Below are positions 32,041 to 42,833 of a DNA stretch of 64,000 nt, piece after piece. Source of the stretch: an uncultured delta proteobacterium (lineage in GTDB: Bacteria; Myxococcota_A; UBA9160; UBA4427); the NCBI GenBank assembly GCA_963822965.1, contig CAWGJT010000013.1:221531-285530 (forward strand). Reading direction: 5' to 3'. Under the pieces are notes generated by a model. That model was not told the DNA's origin and ran no database searches. It saw only the letters and a list, made by a program, of their open reading frames with translations. Within the stretch, counting starts at the first letter, position 1. Every line of letters starts with the position of its first letter. Position numbers and translations under genes: made by a program.

Positions 32041-35000
32041 TCACGCGCCTGCGTCCGCCGCGGGCCGCGGCAGGCGGCGGCTCCGCGCCAGCACGAAGAA
32101 GACCGGCAGCACCAGCAGGATCACCGTCGTCGCCGTGACGATGCCGCCCACCATGGGCGCAGCCACGCGCTTCATCGTCTCCGATCCCGTGCCCAGCCCC
32201 CACATGATGGGCAGCAGACCGATCACGTCCGAGCCCACGGTCATGAGCAGGGGGCGGACGCGGTCCGTCGCACCTTCCAGGGTGGCACGCCGCAGATCCG
32301 CGATGCTCGTGAGCCGGCCGCCTTCCCGGGCGCGATCGACGGCCTGGTTCAGGAAGAGCAGCATGACGACGCCCGTCTCGGCCGTGAGCCCCGACAGCGC
32401 CAGGAACCCCGCCAGCACGGCCACGCTGAAGTCGTAGTCCAGCAGCCAGACGAGGTAGACGCCCCCGACCCAGGCGAGGGGCAGACACGCGATCACGAGC
32501 AACGTGTCGGACACGCTGCGCGAGCTCACGTAGAGCAGCAGCACGATCAGCGCGAGCGTCAAGGGAACGATCGTCTCCATGCGCCGGGTCGCGCGCTCGA
32601 GGTACTCGTACTGGCCGCTCCACGCGAGCGTGTAGCCGGTCGGCAGAGACAGCTCCCGGGCCACCACCTCCTTCGCTCGGGCCACGTAGGTCCCCACGTC
32701 GACTCCTTCGAGGTCCACGTACACCCAGGCGCTCGGACGCGAGTTCTCCGTGCGGATCGCGGCCGGGCCCTTCCGGAACTCGAGCGTCGCGAGCTGGCCG
32801 AGGGGGACGTGCGCGCCTCCCGGGGTGGCGACGAGCACCCGTCGCAGGGAGGTGACGTCGTCGCGCAGCTCGCGCGGGTAGCGCAGGTTCACCGGGTAGC
32901 GCTCCAGGCCCTCGACGGTCTCGGTCACGTTCATTCCGCCGATGGCGCTGCCGATCACGTCCTGCACGTCGCCCACCGTCAGGCCGTAGCGCGCGATCTG
33001 CTCGCGATCGATGTCGACGTCGAGGTAGTTGCCGCCGACCACCCGCTCGGCGAAGACGCTCTGGGTGCCGGGAAGATCGCGCAGGGCCGTCTCCACCTCG
33101 CGGCCGAGCTTCTCCAGGACGCGCAGGTCGGGGCCCGCGAGCTTCACCCCCACCGGCGTCTTGATGCCCGTCGAGAGCATGTCGATGCGGGTCTTGATGG
33201 GCATGGTCCAGACGTTCGTGAGGCCGGGAAGGGAGGTGGCGCGATCGAGCTCGGCGACGAGCTTCTTCGTGGTCATCCCGGGGCGCCAGCGGTCGCGCGG
33301 CGCCAGGGTGACGACCGTCTCGATCATGGACAGGGGCGCGTTGTCGGTCGCCGTCTCGGCCCGGCCGACCTTGCCGAAGACGCGCTCCACCTCGGGAAAG
33401 CCCTTGATGATGCGATCCGTCTGCTGCAGCACCTCGCGCGCCTTGGTGATCGAGAGCCCCGGCAGCGTGCTCGGCATGTAGAGCAGGTCCCCCTCGTCGA
33501 GCGGGGGCATGAACTCGCTGCCGATGCGGCTGGCGGGCCACGCGACCGTGCACAGGACCAGCACCGCCACCACCGCCGTCGCCACGCGATGCCGCATGAC
33601 GAGCCCGAGCAGCGGGCGATAGACGGAGAGCACGGCGCGGTTCAGCGGGTTGCGATCCTCGGACAGGATGCGGCCCCGCACGAGCCACACCATGAGCGCC
33701 GGGACGACGGTGATGGAGAGCAGCGCCGCGCCCGCCATCGCCCAGGTCTTGGTGAAGGCCAGCGGCCGGAAGAGCCGACCCTCCTGGGCCTCGAAGGCGA
33801 AGATCGGCAGGAAGGAGACGGTCACGATCAGCAGGGAGAAGAAGAGCGACGGCCCCACCTCGGCGGCGGCTTCGATCAGCACCTCGCGGCGTGGACGCCC
33901 CTCGCCCTCGCGCTCGAGGTGTTTGTGGGCGTTCTCGACCATCACGATGCCCGCGTCGATCATGGTTCCGATGGCGATGGCGATGCCGCCCAGGGACATG
34001 ATGTTGGCGTTGATGCCCTGGTAGTACATCACGATGAACGAGAAGAGGATGCCCAGGGGAAGCAGCAGGATGGCGACGAGAGCGCTGCGCAGGTGACCGA
34101 GGAAGACGACACAGACGAGCGCGACGATCAGCACCTGTTCCACGAGCTTCTCGCGCAGGTTGTCGACGGCCCGCTCGATGAGGGGCGCGCGGTCGTAGAC
34201 CGGTACGATCTCGACTCCCGCGGGCAGGGTGGGGGCCAGCTTGGCGAGCTTCGCCTTGACGGCTTCGATGGTCGCGAGCGCGTTCTCCCCCGATCGCATG
34301 ACGACGATGCCGGCCGGCGCCTCGCCCTCCCCGTCGAGGTCGGTGAGGCCGCGGCGCAGCTCGGGCCCCACGCTCACGCTCGCCACGTCGCGCAGCAGGA
34401 TGGGGGTGCCGGACGCGTCGGCGCCCACGGCGGTCTCCTCGAAGTCGCGCACGCTGCGCGCATAGCCCCGGCCGCTCACCATGAACTCGGTCTCGGCCTG
34501 CTCGAGCAGACGCCCTCCGACGTCGCTGTTGCTCCGCTGGATGGCGCGGCGCAGCTGCGCGAGGGAGAGACCGTAGGCGTCGAGCTGGTTGGGATCGGCC
34601 TCGATCTGATACTGGCGGACGTACCCGCCCACGCTCGCCACCTCGGCGACGCCCGGAACCGTCTGCAGCTCGTACCGCAGGTGCCAGTCCTGCAGCGACC
34701 GCAGCTCGGCGAGGTCGTGGGCTCCCGTGCGGTCGACCAGCGCGTACTCGTACACCCAGCCGACGCCCGTCGCGTCCGGTCCGAGGGTGGGGGTCACGCC
34801 GGCGGGCAGGCGACCCGAGACGGAGTTCAACGCCTCGAGCACGCGGCTCCGCGCCCAGTAGAGATCCGTGCCGTCGTCGAAGATGACGTAGACGAAGGAG
34901 AGGCCGAAGAACGAGCTGCCCCGGACGATGCGCGCGAACGGGACCCCCAGCATCGCGGTCGAGAGGGGATAGGTGACCTGGTCCTCGACGACCTGGGGCG

Positions 35001-35169
35001 CCTGACCGGGGTAGGACGTGAAGACGATCACCTGGACGTCGGAGAGGTCGGGGATCGCGTCGACGGGCGTGTGCAGCACGGCCCACGACCCCCACGCCAG
35101 CAGGAAGGCGATTCCCAGCGCCACGAAGACCGGGTTGCGCGCCGAGGCTTCCACGATGCGTCGCAACAT
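32041..35169 (-). CDS. cusA: CusA/CzcA heavy-metal RND efflux pump (Cu/Ag-type)
   Basis: DAIPDLSDVQVI, LGPDATGVGWVYEY, NIMSLGGIAIAIG, EFMPPLDEGDLLYMP, APLSMIET, WTMPIKTRIDMLSTG (Met metal ligands). Confidence 0.95.
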   Translation of the reverse strand: MLRRIVEASARNPVFVALGIAFLLAWGSWAVLHTPVDAIPDLSDVQVIVFTSYPGQAPQVVEDQVTYPLSTAMLGVPFARIVRGSSFFGLSFVYVIFDDGTDLYWARSRVLEALNSVSGRLPAGVTPTLGPDATGVGWVYEYALVDRTGAHDLAELRSLQDWHLRYELQTVPGVAEVASVGGYVRQYQIEADPNQLDAYGLSLAQLRRAIQRSNSDVGGRLLEQAETEFMVSGRGYARSVRDFEETAVGADASGTPILLRDVASVSVGPELRRGLTDLDGEGEAPAGIVVMRSGENALATIEAVKAKLAKLAPTLPAGVEIVPVYDRAPLIERAVDNLREKLVEQVLIVALVCVVFLGHLRSALVAILLLPLGILFSFIVMYYQGINANIMSLGGIAIAIGTMIDAGIVMVENAHKHLEREGEGRPRREVLIEAAAEVGPSLFFSLLIVTVSFLPIFAFEAQEGRLFRPLAFTKTWAMAGAALLSITVVPALMVWLVRGRILSEDRNPLNRAVLSVYRPLLGLVMRHRVATAVVAVLVLCTVAWPASRIGSEFMPPLDEGDLLYMPSTLPGLSITKAREVLQQTDRIIKGFPEVERVFGKVGRAETATDNAPLSMIETVVTLAPRDRWRPGMTTKKLVAELDRATSLPGLTNVWTMPIKTRIDMLSTGIKTPVGVKLAGPDLRVLEKLGREVETALRDLPGTQSVFAERVVGGNYLDVDIDREQIARYGLTVGDVQDVIGSAIGGMNVTETVEGLERYPVNLRYPRELRDDVTSLRRVLVATPGGAHVPLGQLATLEFRKGPAAIRTENSRPSAWVYVDLEGVDVGTYVARAKEVVARELSLPTGYTLAWSGQYEYLERATRRMETIVPLTLALIVLLLYVSSRSVSDTLLVIACLPLAWVGGVYLVWLLDYDFSVAVLAGFLALSGLTAETGVVMLLFLNQAVDRAREGGRLTSIADLRRATLEGATDRVRPLLMTVGSDVIGLLPIMWGLGTGSETMKRVAAPMVGGIVTATTVILLVLPVFFVLARSRRLPRPAADAGA

Positions 35170-35174
35170 GGCGT

Positions 35175-36536
35175 CTACTCCCCGCGCTCGTGGCCGGGAT
35201 CGGCGTGCGCGGCGGCCGCCGTCGGCTCCACGCCGGACTCCGGGGCGGCCGGCGGGACATCCGAGAGCATCTTGCGAACCGCCTCCTGCAGGCTGCTCTC
35301 GCTGTCGATCAGGAAGTGACCCGACACGACCACCTCGTCGCCCGCCGCGAGTCCCCGGACGACCTGGATGCGACCGTCCCCGGAATCGAGGCCCAGCACG
35401 ACGTCGCGCGGCTCGAAGCGTCCTTCGCCCAGGGCGACGACCACCAGGGTGCGTCGACCCGAGCGGAGCACGGCCTCCTGCGGGACGACCAGCACGTCCT
35501 TCAGGGGCTTCCCCGAGATCACCACGGTGCCGAACATCTCGGGCTTCAGGGCGCCGTCCGCGTTCGCCAGCTCGACCCGCGCCTCCGCGGTGCGCGTCTT
35601 CGGATCGAGGAACGGGGACACGTAGCTGATCGTTCCGGTGAAGCTCCGGTCCGGCACGTAGGACAGCTCCATCGTCGCGCGGTCAGCGAGTGCGATCCAG
35701 GGAAGCTCGTATTCGTAGACGTCCGCGAGCACCCAGACGGACGAGAGATCGGCGATGGTGTAGAGATTGTCGTTCGGCCTCACCTCCATCCCCGACCGCA
35801 CACCGAGTCGGGTCACGACCCCCGAGGCCGGTGCGTAGAGGGTGAGGGTCCGCTTGACGGTGCCGGTCTCGAGCAGGCGCTCGATGTCGCGTTGCGGAAC
35901 GTCCCACAGCGCGAGCCGCCGCCGGGTGGCGGCGAAGAGCGATTCGCCACCACCGCGGACGTCCTCGAAGGTGCTCGCGGAGGTCCGGTCGCGATAGCGG
36001 GCGGCCAGCAGCAGCTCTTCCTGGGTCGCCACGAGCTCGGGCGAGTAGATCTCGAGCAGCGGCTGCCCGCGCTTCACCGCCTGGCCGACGTAGTCGATGA
36101 AGAGCCGCTCGACCCAGCCCTGCACCTTCGTGTGGGCGTGCGAGACGCGACGTTCGTCGTAGGCGACCCGGCCCACCGTCCGCACCTGCCGGGACAGGTC
36201 CTGGCGCTCGACGCGGGTCGTCCGCACGCCGATGTTCTGCACCGTGGCGGCGTCCAGCACGACCGTGCCTTCCTCGCCCACCCCGACGCCGCTGGCGGGC
36301 GGGCACTCGGGAACGAGGTCCATGCCCATCGGCGACTTCCCGGGCGCGTCGCGCACGTAGGTCGGGTCCATCGGCGCCTTCCAGTAGAGCGGCGCCGCGC
36401 CGCCGGGACAGGGCCCCTCGCTCGCAGGGCCTTCCGGCCGCTCGCGCTGCGCCTCGCGCAGCTCGCCCGCGAACCAGCCCACGCCGGCTGCCACGAGGGC
36501 GACCGCGACCATCTGCAGGGCTCGTCGGGTGTTCAT
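35175..36536 (-). CDS. cusB: CusB-type RND periplasmic adaptor with heavy-metal-binding domain
   Basis: YWKAPMDP...PGKSPMGMDLVP, YSPELVATQEE, IADLSSVWV, LKPEM, FLIDSESSL; start ATG 36536. Confidence 0.92.
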   Translation of the reverse strand: MNTRRALQMVAVALVAAGVGWFAGELREAQRERPEGPASEGPCPGGAAPLYWKAPMDPTYVRDAPGKSPMGMDLVPECPPASGVGVGEEGTVVLDAATVQNIGVRTTRVERQDLSRQVRTVGRVAYDERRVSHAHTKVQGWVERLFIDYVGQAVKRGQPLLEIYSPELVATQEELLLAARYRDRTSASTFEDVRGGGESLFAATRRRLALWDVPQRDIERLLETGTVKRTLTLYAPASGVVTRLGVRSGMEVRPNDNLYTIADLSSVWVLADVYEYELPWIALADRATMELSYVPDRSFTGTISYVSPFLDPKTRTAEARVELANADGALKPEMFGTVVISGKPLKDVLVVPQEAVLRSGRRTLVVVALGEGRFEPRDVVLGLDSGDGRIQVVRGLAAGDEVVVSGHFLIDSESSLQEAVRKMLSDVPPAAPESGVEPTAAAAHADPGHERGE

Positions 36537-37819
36537 CGCAGATCCTCCCCCACCACGGCCTCGAGAGCGCCGAAGGCGGTGCGTCGATCGGAAGCTGCGC
36601 GCACGGCCCGCAGCTCGGCGTCGAGCAGCCGCACCTGGCTGTCCAGCAGGCTCAGGAACTCGATGCGACCCACCTCGTAGGCCGACCGGCTCGAGTCGAG
36701 GGACTGGCGGGCCTGGGGGACGAGCCCCGTGCGCAGCAGCTCCGCCTCGGCGTCCGCGCGCACGAGCTGGGCGTGCACCTCGCGCAGGCGCGCCGTGAGC
36801 GCCGCCTCCTGGGCGCGCAGGCGGGCCTCGGCGCGCCGCAGGAGCGCCCGCTTCTCGGCCTCCCGCGCCCGCCACTTCGAACGGTCCACGGGCAGTCGGA
36901 TCGTCACGCCGGCGGAGACGAAGTCGTCCCCGTCCACGGGATCGCCCGCCACGCGTCTGCGCACCCGGTAGCCGATCCCGAGGTCGACGTCCGGATAGCC
37001 CTCGAGCTCGGCGGCGCGCACGGCGAACCGGGCGGCCTCCACCCGCGCGCGTTGTGCGGCCAGCAGGGGGCTGGCTTCGGCGGTGCGGGCGAAGAGCGGC
37101 TCGAGGTCGGGAATGGGCGCGGGCTCGTCCAGACCTTCGGTCTCCGGAAGCTCGAGGCTCGGGGGCAGGTCGAGCAGCGCCGACAGGCGCGCCCGGGCGC
37201 GCTCCAGCGCCGACACCCGCTCGAGGCGTTCCTGCAGCAACGCCGTGAGCTCTACCTGGGCGCGCAGCACGTCCTGCTGGAGTCCCTCGCCCACCGAGTA
37301 CTTCACCTCGGCGATGCGCGTGAGCTGGCGCAGGAGCCCCACGTTGCGGTCGGTGATCTCGAGGGCGCGCTGGGCGAACCCGAGCTCGGCCCATGCCCCC
37401 TCGACCCGGCTCGCGACGAGCCGGCGGCGGTCGGCCAGCTCGAGGGTCGCCGCCTCGCTGTCGCGCTCGGCGGAGTCCTCCCGCGCGGAGAGCAGCCCGG
37501 GAAACGGGAGCATCTGCCGCAGGCCGAGCTGGTTGCCGGACAGGGGCGTGGAGTCGAAGTCGAAGTCGTTCACCGGAATGTTGCTCGCCTCGTAGACGAA
37601 GCGGGGATCCTCGAAGGCGCCCGCCGGAACGACCCGCTCCCGCGCCGCCTCGGCGTCGGCGCGCATCTCCGCGATCTCGGGATTCGCGGCGGCGGCCCGT
37701 GCGAGGCACCAGTCGAGGGGGAGTGGGTCCGGCAGGTTCTCGGGCGGGGGCGGCTCGGCGGCGGCGGCCGCGAACGCCAGGGCGAGCGAGCCGAAGCTCG
37801 CGAGCAGGACGGTCTTCAT
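36533..37819 (-). CDS. cusC: TolC-family outer-membrane efflux protein (CusC-like)
   Basis: Signal peptide MKTVLLASFGSLALAFAAAA, QMLPFPG, QQDVLRAQVE, YPDVDLG, AYEVGRIEF; first gene of the CBA operon. Confidence 0.85.
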   Translation of the reverse strand: MKTVLLASFGSLALAFAAAAAEPPPPENLPDPLPLDWCLARAAAANPEIAEMRADAEAARERVVPAGAFEDPRFVYEASNIPVNDFDFDSTPLSGNQLGLRQMLPFPGLLSAREDSAERDSEAATLELADRRRLVASRVEGAWAELGFAQRALEITDRNVGLLRQLTRIAEVKYSVGEGLQQDVLRAQVELTALLQERLERVSALERARARLSALLDLPPSLELPETEGLDEPAPIPDLEPLFARTAEASPLLAAQRARVEAARFAVRAAELEGYPDVDLGIGYRVRRRVAGDPVDGDDFVSAGVTIRLPVDRSKWRAREAEKRALLRRAEARLRAQEAALTARLREVHAQLVRADAEAELLRTGLVPQARQSLDSSRSAYEVGRIEFLSLLDSQVRLLDAELRAVRAASDRRTAFGALEAVVGEDLR

Positions 37820-37981
37820 CGGATCACCCTTCCTGAATGCATGGTGCGCGGGCGGGCCCACGCGGGGGCGCCGCACGCCGGAAGTCGGGCGCGGTCCAGT
37901 GGATCGCTCGAGGGGGTCATCGCCGGCTGGAAGGTCCGGCGCGGGCGCAGAGCGGGAGGCTCGGCGCCGGTCGGCTCCCAA

Positions 37982-38006
37982 GAGGACAACGCTCGGCGTT
38001 GTCCTC
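37982..38006. promoter_or_regulatory. Hairpin between the leader ORF and cusC
   Basis: GAGGACAACGC-TCG-GCGTTGTCCTC, a perfect 11-bp stem. Confidence 0.5.
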
Positions 38007-38042
38007 GGGTTGCAAGTCGGCGCCCAGCGGAGCGCTGACCGC

Positions 38043-38462
38043 TCAGAGGTTGAGCGTCGACTTCCGGATCAGGAGATCGGTGGGTGGCAGGCGCAGGTCG
38101 TAGCGGGCGAGGCCCGCCTCGTCCCGGTAGGTGGTCCGATGCACCGCGACGTGGGTCGCCGGCAGCAGGGCGTCGAAGGCGGCGGGAGCCGGCAGCGCCG
38201 CGCCGGCCTTGCTGGCCACGAGGCTCTTCGAGAGGCCGCAGCCGCAGCCCTCGTGCTGCCGGGGCGCGTCCGATCGTTGCCGCTCGCCGCCCGCGTGGCA
38301 GGGCATCTGCGAAGCGTCCTGGCGGGTCGGGGCCGGAGCGTGCGCGGCCAGACGGTCCACCGACTCCACGTGCGAGCAGGCCCACGCGCAGACCGGTGCC
38401 CGGGCCCCGAGCAGGGCCACCAGGCCGACGACCATCCAGGCAATCCAGGCGTGCCGCTTCAT
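38043..38462 (-). CDS. Small Cys/His-rich exported protein; candidate metal-responsive leader of cusCBA
   Basis: N-terminal hydrophobic helix, CAWAC, MPCH, HEGCGC, C-terminal RLPPTDLLIRKSTLNL*; co-oriented just upstream of cusC. Confidence 0.7.
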   Translation of the reverse strand: MKRHAWIAWMVVGLVALLGARAPVCAWACSHVESVDRLAAHAPAPTRQDASQMPCHAGGERQRSDAPRQHEGCGCGLSKSLVASKAGAALPAPAAFDALLPATHVAVHRTTYRDEAGLARYDLRLPPTDLLIRKSTLNL

Positions 38463-38544
38463 GTCCCCACCGTCATCGGCCGCCCCGGGGGTGGCCTGAA
38501 GATCACAGGCTAACCCAGCACGGATGGGCTGGCGTCGGAGCGGC

Positions 38545-41500
38545 TCACGAAGCCCCCAGACCCATGCCGAGGGACTCCGCCAGATCGCGCGACTCGGCGC
38601 GCAGCGCTTCGGCCCGGCGGGCCTCGCCTCGGCGGGCGAGGAGCCGGGCGGCATCCTGCTGGATGCGGGCCTGCATGGGCCGGGCTCCCAGACGCACGAC
38701 GCTCTCGACGGCGTCCTCGTAGAGCTGGAGGGCCGCGTCCGCCATCCCGAGGATCTCGTTCAGCCGGGCCAGGCAGTAGGCGACGGGCCCGCCGTACTGG
38801 ATGGGCACCGGCAGCACGCCGTGCAGGTGCTCCACCGGGCCGAGCAGCCGGAGCAGCGTCTCCGCCCGCCGGGCATCGTCGAGATCGGCGCACAGATGGG
38901 CGACCTCGACCAGGGTTCCGAGCCAGCGGATGCCCCGCACCAGGTCCGCGAAATCCGAGGCGGCCAGGTCCTCGAAGAGCCGCCGGGCCTCACCCTCGTT
39001 GCCGAGCTGCAGCTCGTTGCGGGCGACGATCGCCTTCGCCCAGTGGGTCGCTCCGTGCCGCGAGTGGATCGCCCGGGAGAAGAGGCTCCGAACCTGCTCG
39101 AGATCGCCGCGATCCCGACAGAGCTGCATGCGTTGCCCCGTGAAGCACGCCCGCGCGTAGGGATGGTCGATGCGTTCGCCCACGAGCAGGGCGTCCCGCG
39201 TCATCTGCTCCACGGCGTCCAGGCGGCCGTCGAGCAGCGCCCGCCCCGTGTCGAACACCTGCAGGTGCCAGACCATGCCGGGCGAGGGCGAGTCGCCGGC
39301 CATGGACGACGCCTCGTTGCGCATCTTCCGCTCGCCCACCGGGTCGCCCAGGGAGATCCGGTCGCAGGCGATGTCGAGCAGCGCGATGACCGCGGACTCC
39401 CGGCTGGGAGAGCGCCTGGCCACCTCGCAGATCTCGCCGATCAGCTCCCAGCGCTCGTCGAGCCGGTCCGGCCCGGCGAGCACGTAGTGGAGCACGTAGA
39501 GCACCTCCTGAAGGGCCTCGGGATCGCCGCTGCGGCGCGCCAGCGCCAGCGCCTCCCGGGCGATCGGCTCGACGGCCTGGGCGGAGCGCTTGATGTCGAG
39601 GTACGCACTGCGGGTGGCAAGGCGCGCGCGCAGGGCGACGTCGTCCGCCTCCAACCCGGCGAGCGCTTCGTCGACCGACGCCTTCGCGAGCGCGTCGTCG
39701 GGCGACCACTCGGAGAGGTCGCAGAAGCCGATGGCCGCCTGGGCGAACTCCCGACGCCAGCCCAGCGAGCGGGCGCTCTGCATCGCCTGCTCGCACACCG
39801 CGCGCCGGCGCGCCCGATCTCCGGCTCGACGGTAGGCCTCTCCGAGCGAGAGGGAGGTGGAGAGACGCTGCCCCGGGTCGACGGACTCGAAGTGCTCGAG
39901 GGCGGCAGCCGCCTGCTCGAAGTGGGTCGCCGACTGCTCGTAGGCGAACACGCGGCCGGCCTCCTCTGCCGCCTGGAGCGCGCACTCGAAGGCACGCCGG
40001 GGATCGCCGACGGCGATGGCCTGGTGGTGGTGGTGCGCGAGCTCGGCGATCACGGCGGCGGGATTCTCGCCGTACTGCTGCTCGAGCCGTTCGGCGGCGC
40101 GCAGGTGCAGTCGCGCGCGGGTCCCGGCGGGCAGCGCCTCGTAGGCCGCTTCCTGGAAGAGGGCGTGCGCGAACCGATAGGTGGCGGCGGTGCCGCCCGC
40201 CTCCTCGAGCACCCCGGCCGAGACCGCTTCGTCGATGCGGTCCAGGGCCTCCGCCCGCCCCGTGTCCGCCACGTGCGCCACGTGGGCCAGGCTGAACTCC
40301 CGGCCCAGCACCGCGCCGGCGGCGACCAGCTCGGCACACGGCTCCGAGAGCGCATCCAGGGAGCGGCGGATCAGATCGACGGCGTGCCCGGGCAGGGTGA
40401 CGCCCCGGCGGCGGATCCGCTCCGGATGCCGCAGGTCGCCCCGCTCGGCGAGCAGCCGCACGGCCTCGCGCACGAAGAGGGGCACGCCCTCGGTACGCGC
40501 GAAGAGCTCGGAGGTGAGGTCGGCCGGCGGCGGACGGCCGATCACCCGGGCGAGGAGGGCCCCCACCGCCGCCCGCGAGAGGCCCGCCAGGTCGATCTGC
40601 GTGCAGCGCTCGTGCTTGCGCAACACCGCGAGGGTCCGGTTCACCGGATGGCCGCGCTCGCGCACCTCGTTGCGGACCGTGGCGACCACCAGCAGCCGCG
40701 AGTCGGAGAGCTCGAACGAGAGATGCTCCAGCAGCCGGAGCGACGGCGCCTGCGCCCACTGCACGTCCTCGAGCACCAGCACCATGGGACGGCTGCGCGA
40801 CGCCCGGGTAAGGGCGCGGGTCACCGAGTCGAAGAAGAGGAAGCGGAGCTCGGCGGACCACTCGGCGGGCGAGGCCGGGGCGCCCGCGGCACCCGCGAGC
40901 GGTCCCCCCACGGCACGCCGTCCTGCAGGTGACCGGCCGCCCCGAGATCGCGCAGCACCTGGGACCAGAGCCAGAACGCGGGAACCCCTTCGCCGTCGCG
41001 AGAGCGGCCCACCAGCACCAGTGCCCCCTGCTCGTCCATCTCCCGCGCGAAGACCTCGCTGAGCCGCGTCTTGCCGATGCCGGCGGCGCCGGTGACGAGC
41101 ACGAGCCGACCCGGACCGCTGCGCGCGTCGTCCCAGGCGCCGCGCAGCGTCGCGAGAGCCTCCTCCCGGCCCACGAAGATCTCCGAGGTGCCGACGGCGC
41201 GGGTCGGCTCCGCCGAGGTCGTTCCCGTCGCCGGTGCCTCGCCCTGGGGTCGCGCCTCGCCGGCCACGGTCACCGTCCCGCCGAAGCGGTATCCGCGACG
41301 CGGCACGCTGCGGATGAGCGACCCCTTGTGCGTATCGCCGAGGGCCCGCCGGGCATGGCTGACGGCCCGGGTCAACGACCCGGACGTCACCGCTACACCC
41401 GGCCAGAGCGCCTCGAAGAGCTCGTCCTGGGAGACGACCCGCTCGCGCTCGCGCAGCAGCAGGACGAGCAACGCCAGGGGCTTCGGCTGGATCGCGACGG

Positions 41501-41567
41501 GCTCCCCGCCCCGCCGCAGCTCCCCTGCCTGCTCGTCGAGCTCGAAGGCTCCGAAGCGATAGATCAC
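38545..41567 (-). CDS. Winged-helix (OmpR/CadC-type) + AAA_16 ATPase + TPR transcriptional regulator, with a frameshift near 40904-40909
   Basis: N-half: YRFGAFELD, SLTRAVSHARRALGD, SVPRRGYRF, FVGREEAL, Walker A GAAGIGKT. C-half in another frame: LVLEDVQWA, RTEGVPLF, AVLGREF, YRFAHAL. One extra G in the G6 run joins the halves. Confidence 0.85.
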
Positions 41568-41658
41568 AGCGAATCTCCAGCCGTCCGGTGGTGATCCACC
41601 GGATGCGGGAGGATAACAACATGCCGCAGGGACGCGGGAGGGAGGCACGCGGCCCGAC

Positions 41659-41694
41659 CGGGCGTCGGGCGGGGACACGCCCGCCCGACGCCCG
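41659..41694. terminator. GC hairpin just downstream of the methyltransferase
   Basis: CGGGCGTCGGGCGGG-GACACG-CCCGCCCGACGCCCG, a perfect 15-bp stem 7 nt after the stop; no U-tract. Confidence 0.55.
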
Positions 41695-41701
41695 CTGGCC
41701 G

Positions 41702-42769
41702 CTACTTGCGCGAGAGGTAGTAGAAGTTCATCACGTCGTGGGGCAACGACTTGACCTCGACGTGGCCGAAGCCCGCCTCCGCGAGCATCCGGCGCGCGGT
41801 ATCGGATCCCCACATGGCGCCGAGCCCGGCTCCGTCCGCCGAGAGGGAGACGGTCATGCAGTGCATGCACGAGATCGTGTACAGGAAGGGCGCCATCGGG
41901 TGATCGACGTCCCGGTGGACGTGGCTCGTCCCGGCGATGTCCTGCATCAGGAAGAGGCCTTCGACGCGCAGCGCCCGCGCGATGCCCGCCAGTACCGCCC
42001 CCGGCTGGGCCTGATCGTGGATGGCGTCGAAGGCCGTGATCAGATCGAACGAGTCGCCCACCTCGAGCTCCGAGACGTCCCGCAGCTCGAAGTGGATGTT
42101 CGACAGCCCCCGCTCGGCGGCCAGCGACTTGCCGGCCGCGACGCCCTCGGGCGAGAGGTCGTAGCCCGTGAAGCGGCTCCTGGGCCAGGTCGCCGCCATC
42201 AGGTTGAGCGCCCGGCCGCTGCCGCAGCCCACGTCGAGCACGTCGATGCCGCGCTCGAGGTCCGCCACCAGCCCCGGCACCGACGGCAGGATCTCGTCCA
42301 CCAGGACGGCGACCACCGTCTGGTCGCTCTCCTCGGCCATCACCGCGTGGAAGCGTTCGTAGGCCGAGTAGGGAACCCCGCCGCCCCGCTCGAAGCAGGC
42401 GATGATCTCGTCCTCGACGTCGGCGAGCACCGGGATCCACTGGAAGGTGGTCGCCAGGTTGTTCGGACGCGCCTCCCGCGTGAGACAGGCGGCGTGCTCG
42501 GCCGGGAGCACGTAGGTGCTCCCGGCCGAGTCGTGCTCGACGATGCCGCCCGTCACCATGGCCCCGAGCCACTCCCGCACGTAGCGCTCGTCGAGGCCCG
42601 CCTCGCCTGCGATGGCGTGGCTGCTCGAGGCCGGAAGCCGGCCCATGACGTCGAAGAGGCCCGTGCGATGTCCGATCGAGGTCATGAGCGCGAGGGCGGC
42701 ACCGTTCAGGATGCCCACCATCCTCTCGCCGAAGGCCTCGGCACGAGCAGCGTCGAAGTTCGCATTCAT
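41702..42769 (-). CDS. Class I SAM-dependent methyltransferase with N-terminal winged helix (Rv2258c-like)
   Basis: SIGHRTGLF, ERYVREWL, VLDVGCGSG, FDAIHDQA, CMHCMTVSL, GLGAMWG. Confidence 0.9.
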   Translation of the reverse strand: MNANFDAARAEAFGERMVGILNGAALALMTSIGHRTGLFDVMGRLPASSSHAIAGEAGLDERYVREWLGAMVTGGIVEHDSAGSTYVLPAEHAACLTREARPNNLATTFQWIPVLADVEDEIIACFERGGGVPYSAYERFHAVMAEESDQTVVAVLVDEILPSVPGLVADLERGIDVLDVGCGSGRALNLMAATWPRSRFTGYDLSPEGVAAGKSLAAERGLSNIHFELRDVSELEVGDSFDLITAFDAIHDQAQPGAVLAGIARALRVEGLFLMQDIAGTSHVHRDVDHPMAPFLYTISCMHCMTVSLSADGAGLGAMWGSDTARRMLAEAGFGHVEVKSLPHDVMNFYYLSRK

Positions 42770-42833
42770 GGTCGTCTCTCTCCCGTCTCGAGTCGTGGTG
42801 TGATGGAGGGTCGCGGTGCCGTCCGTCTTCCGA

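Noticed and set aside
32041..38462. cus cluster as a mobile metal-resistance island
   Set aside because: No integrase, transposase, tRNA, flanking direct repeats or visible composition shift.
38545..41567. STAND ATPase as an anti-phage (Avs-like) system
   Set aside because: The N-terminal domain is an OmpR/CadC-type DNA-binding winged helix rather than a nuclease or other effector, and there is no defence-island context.
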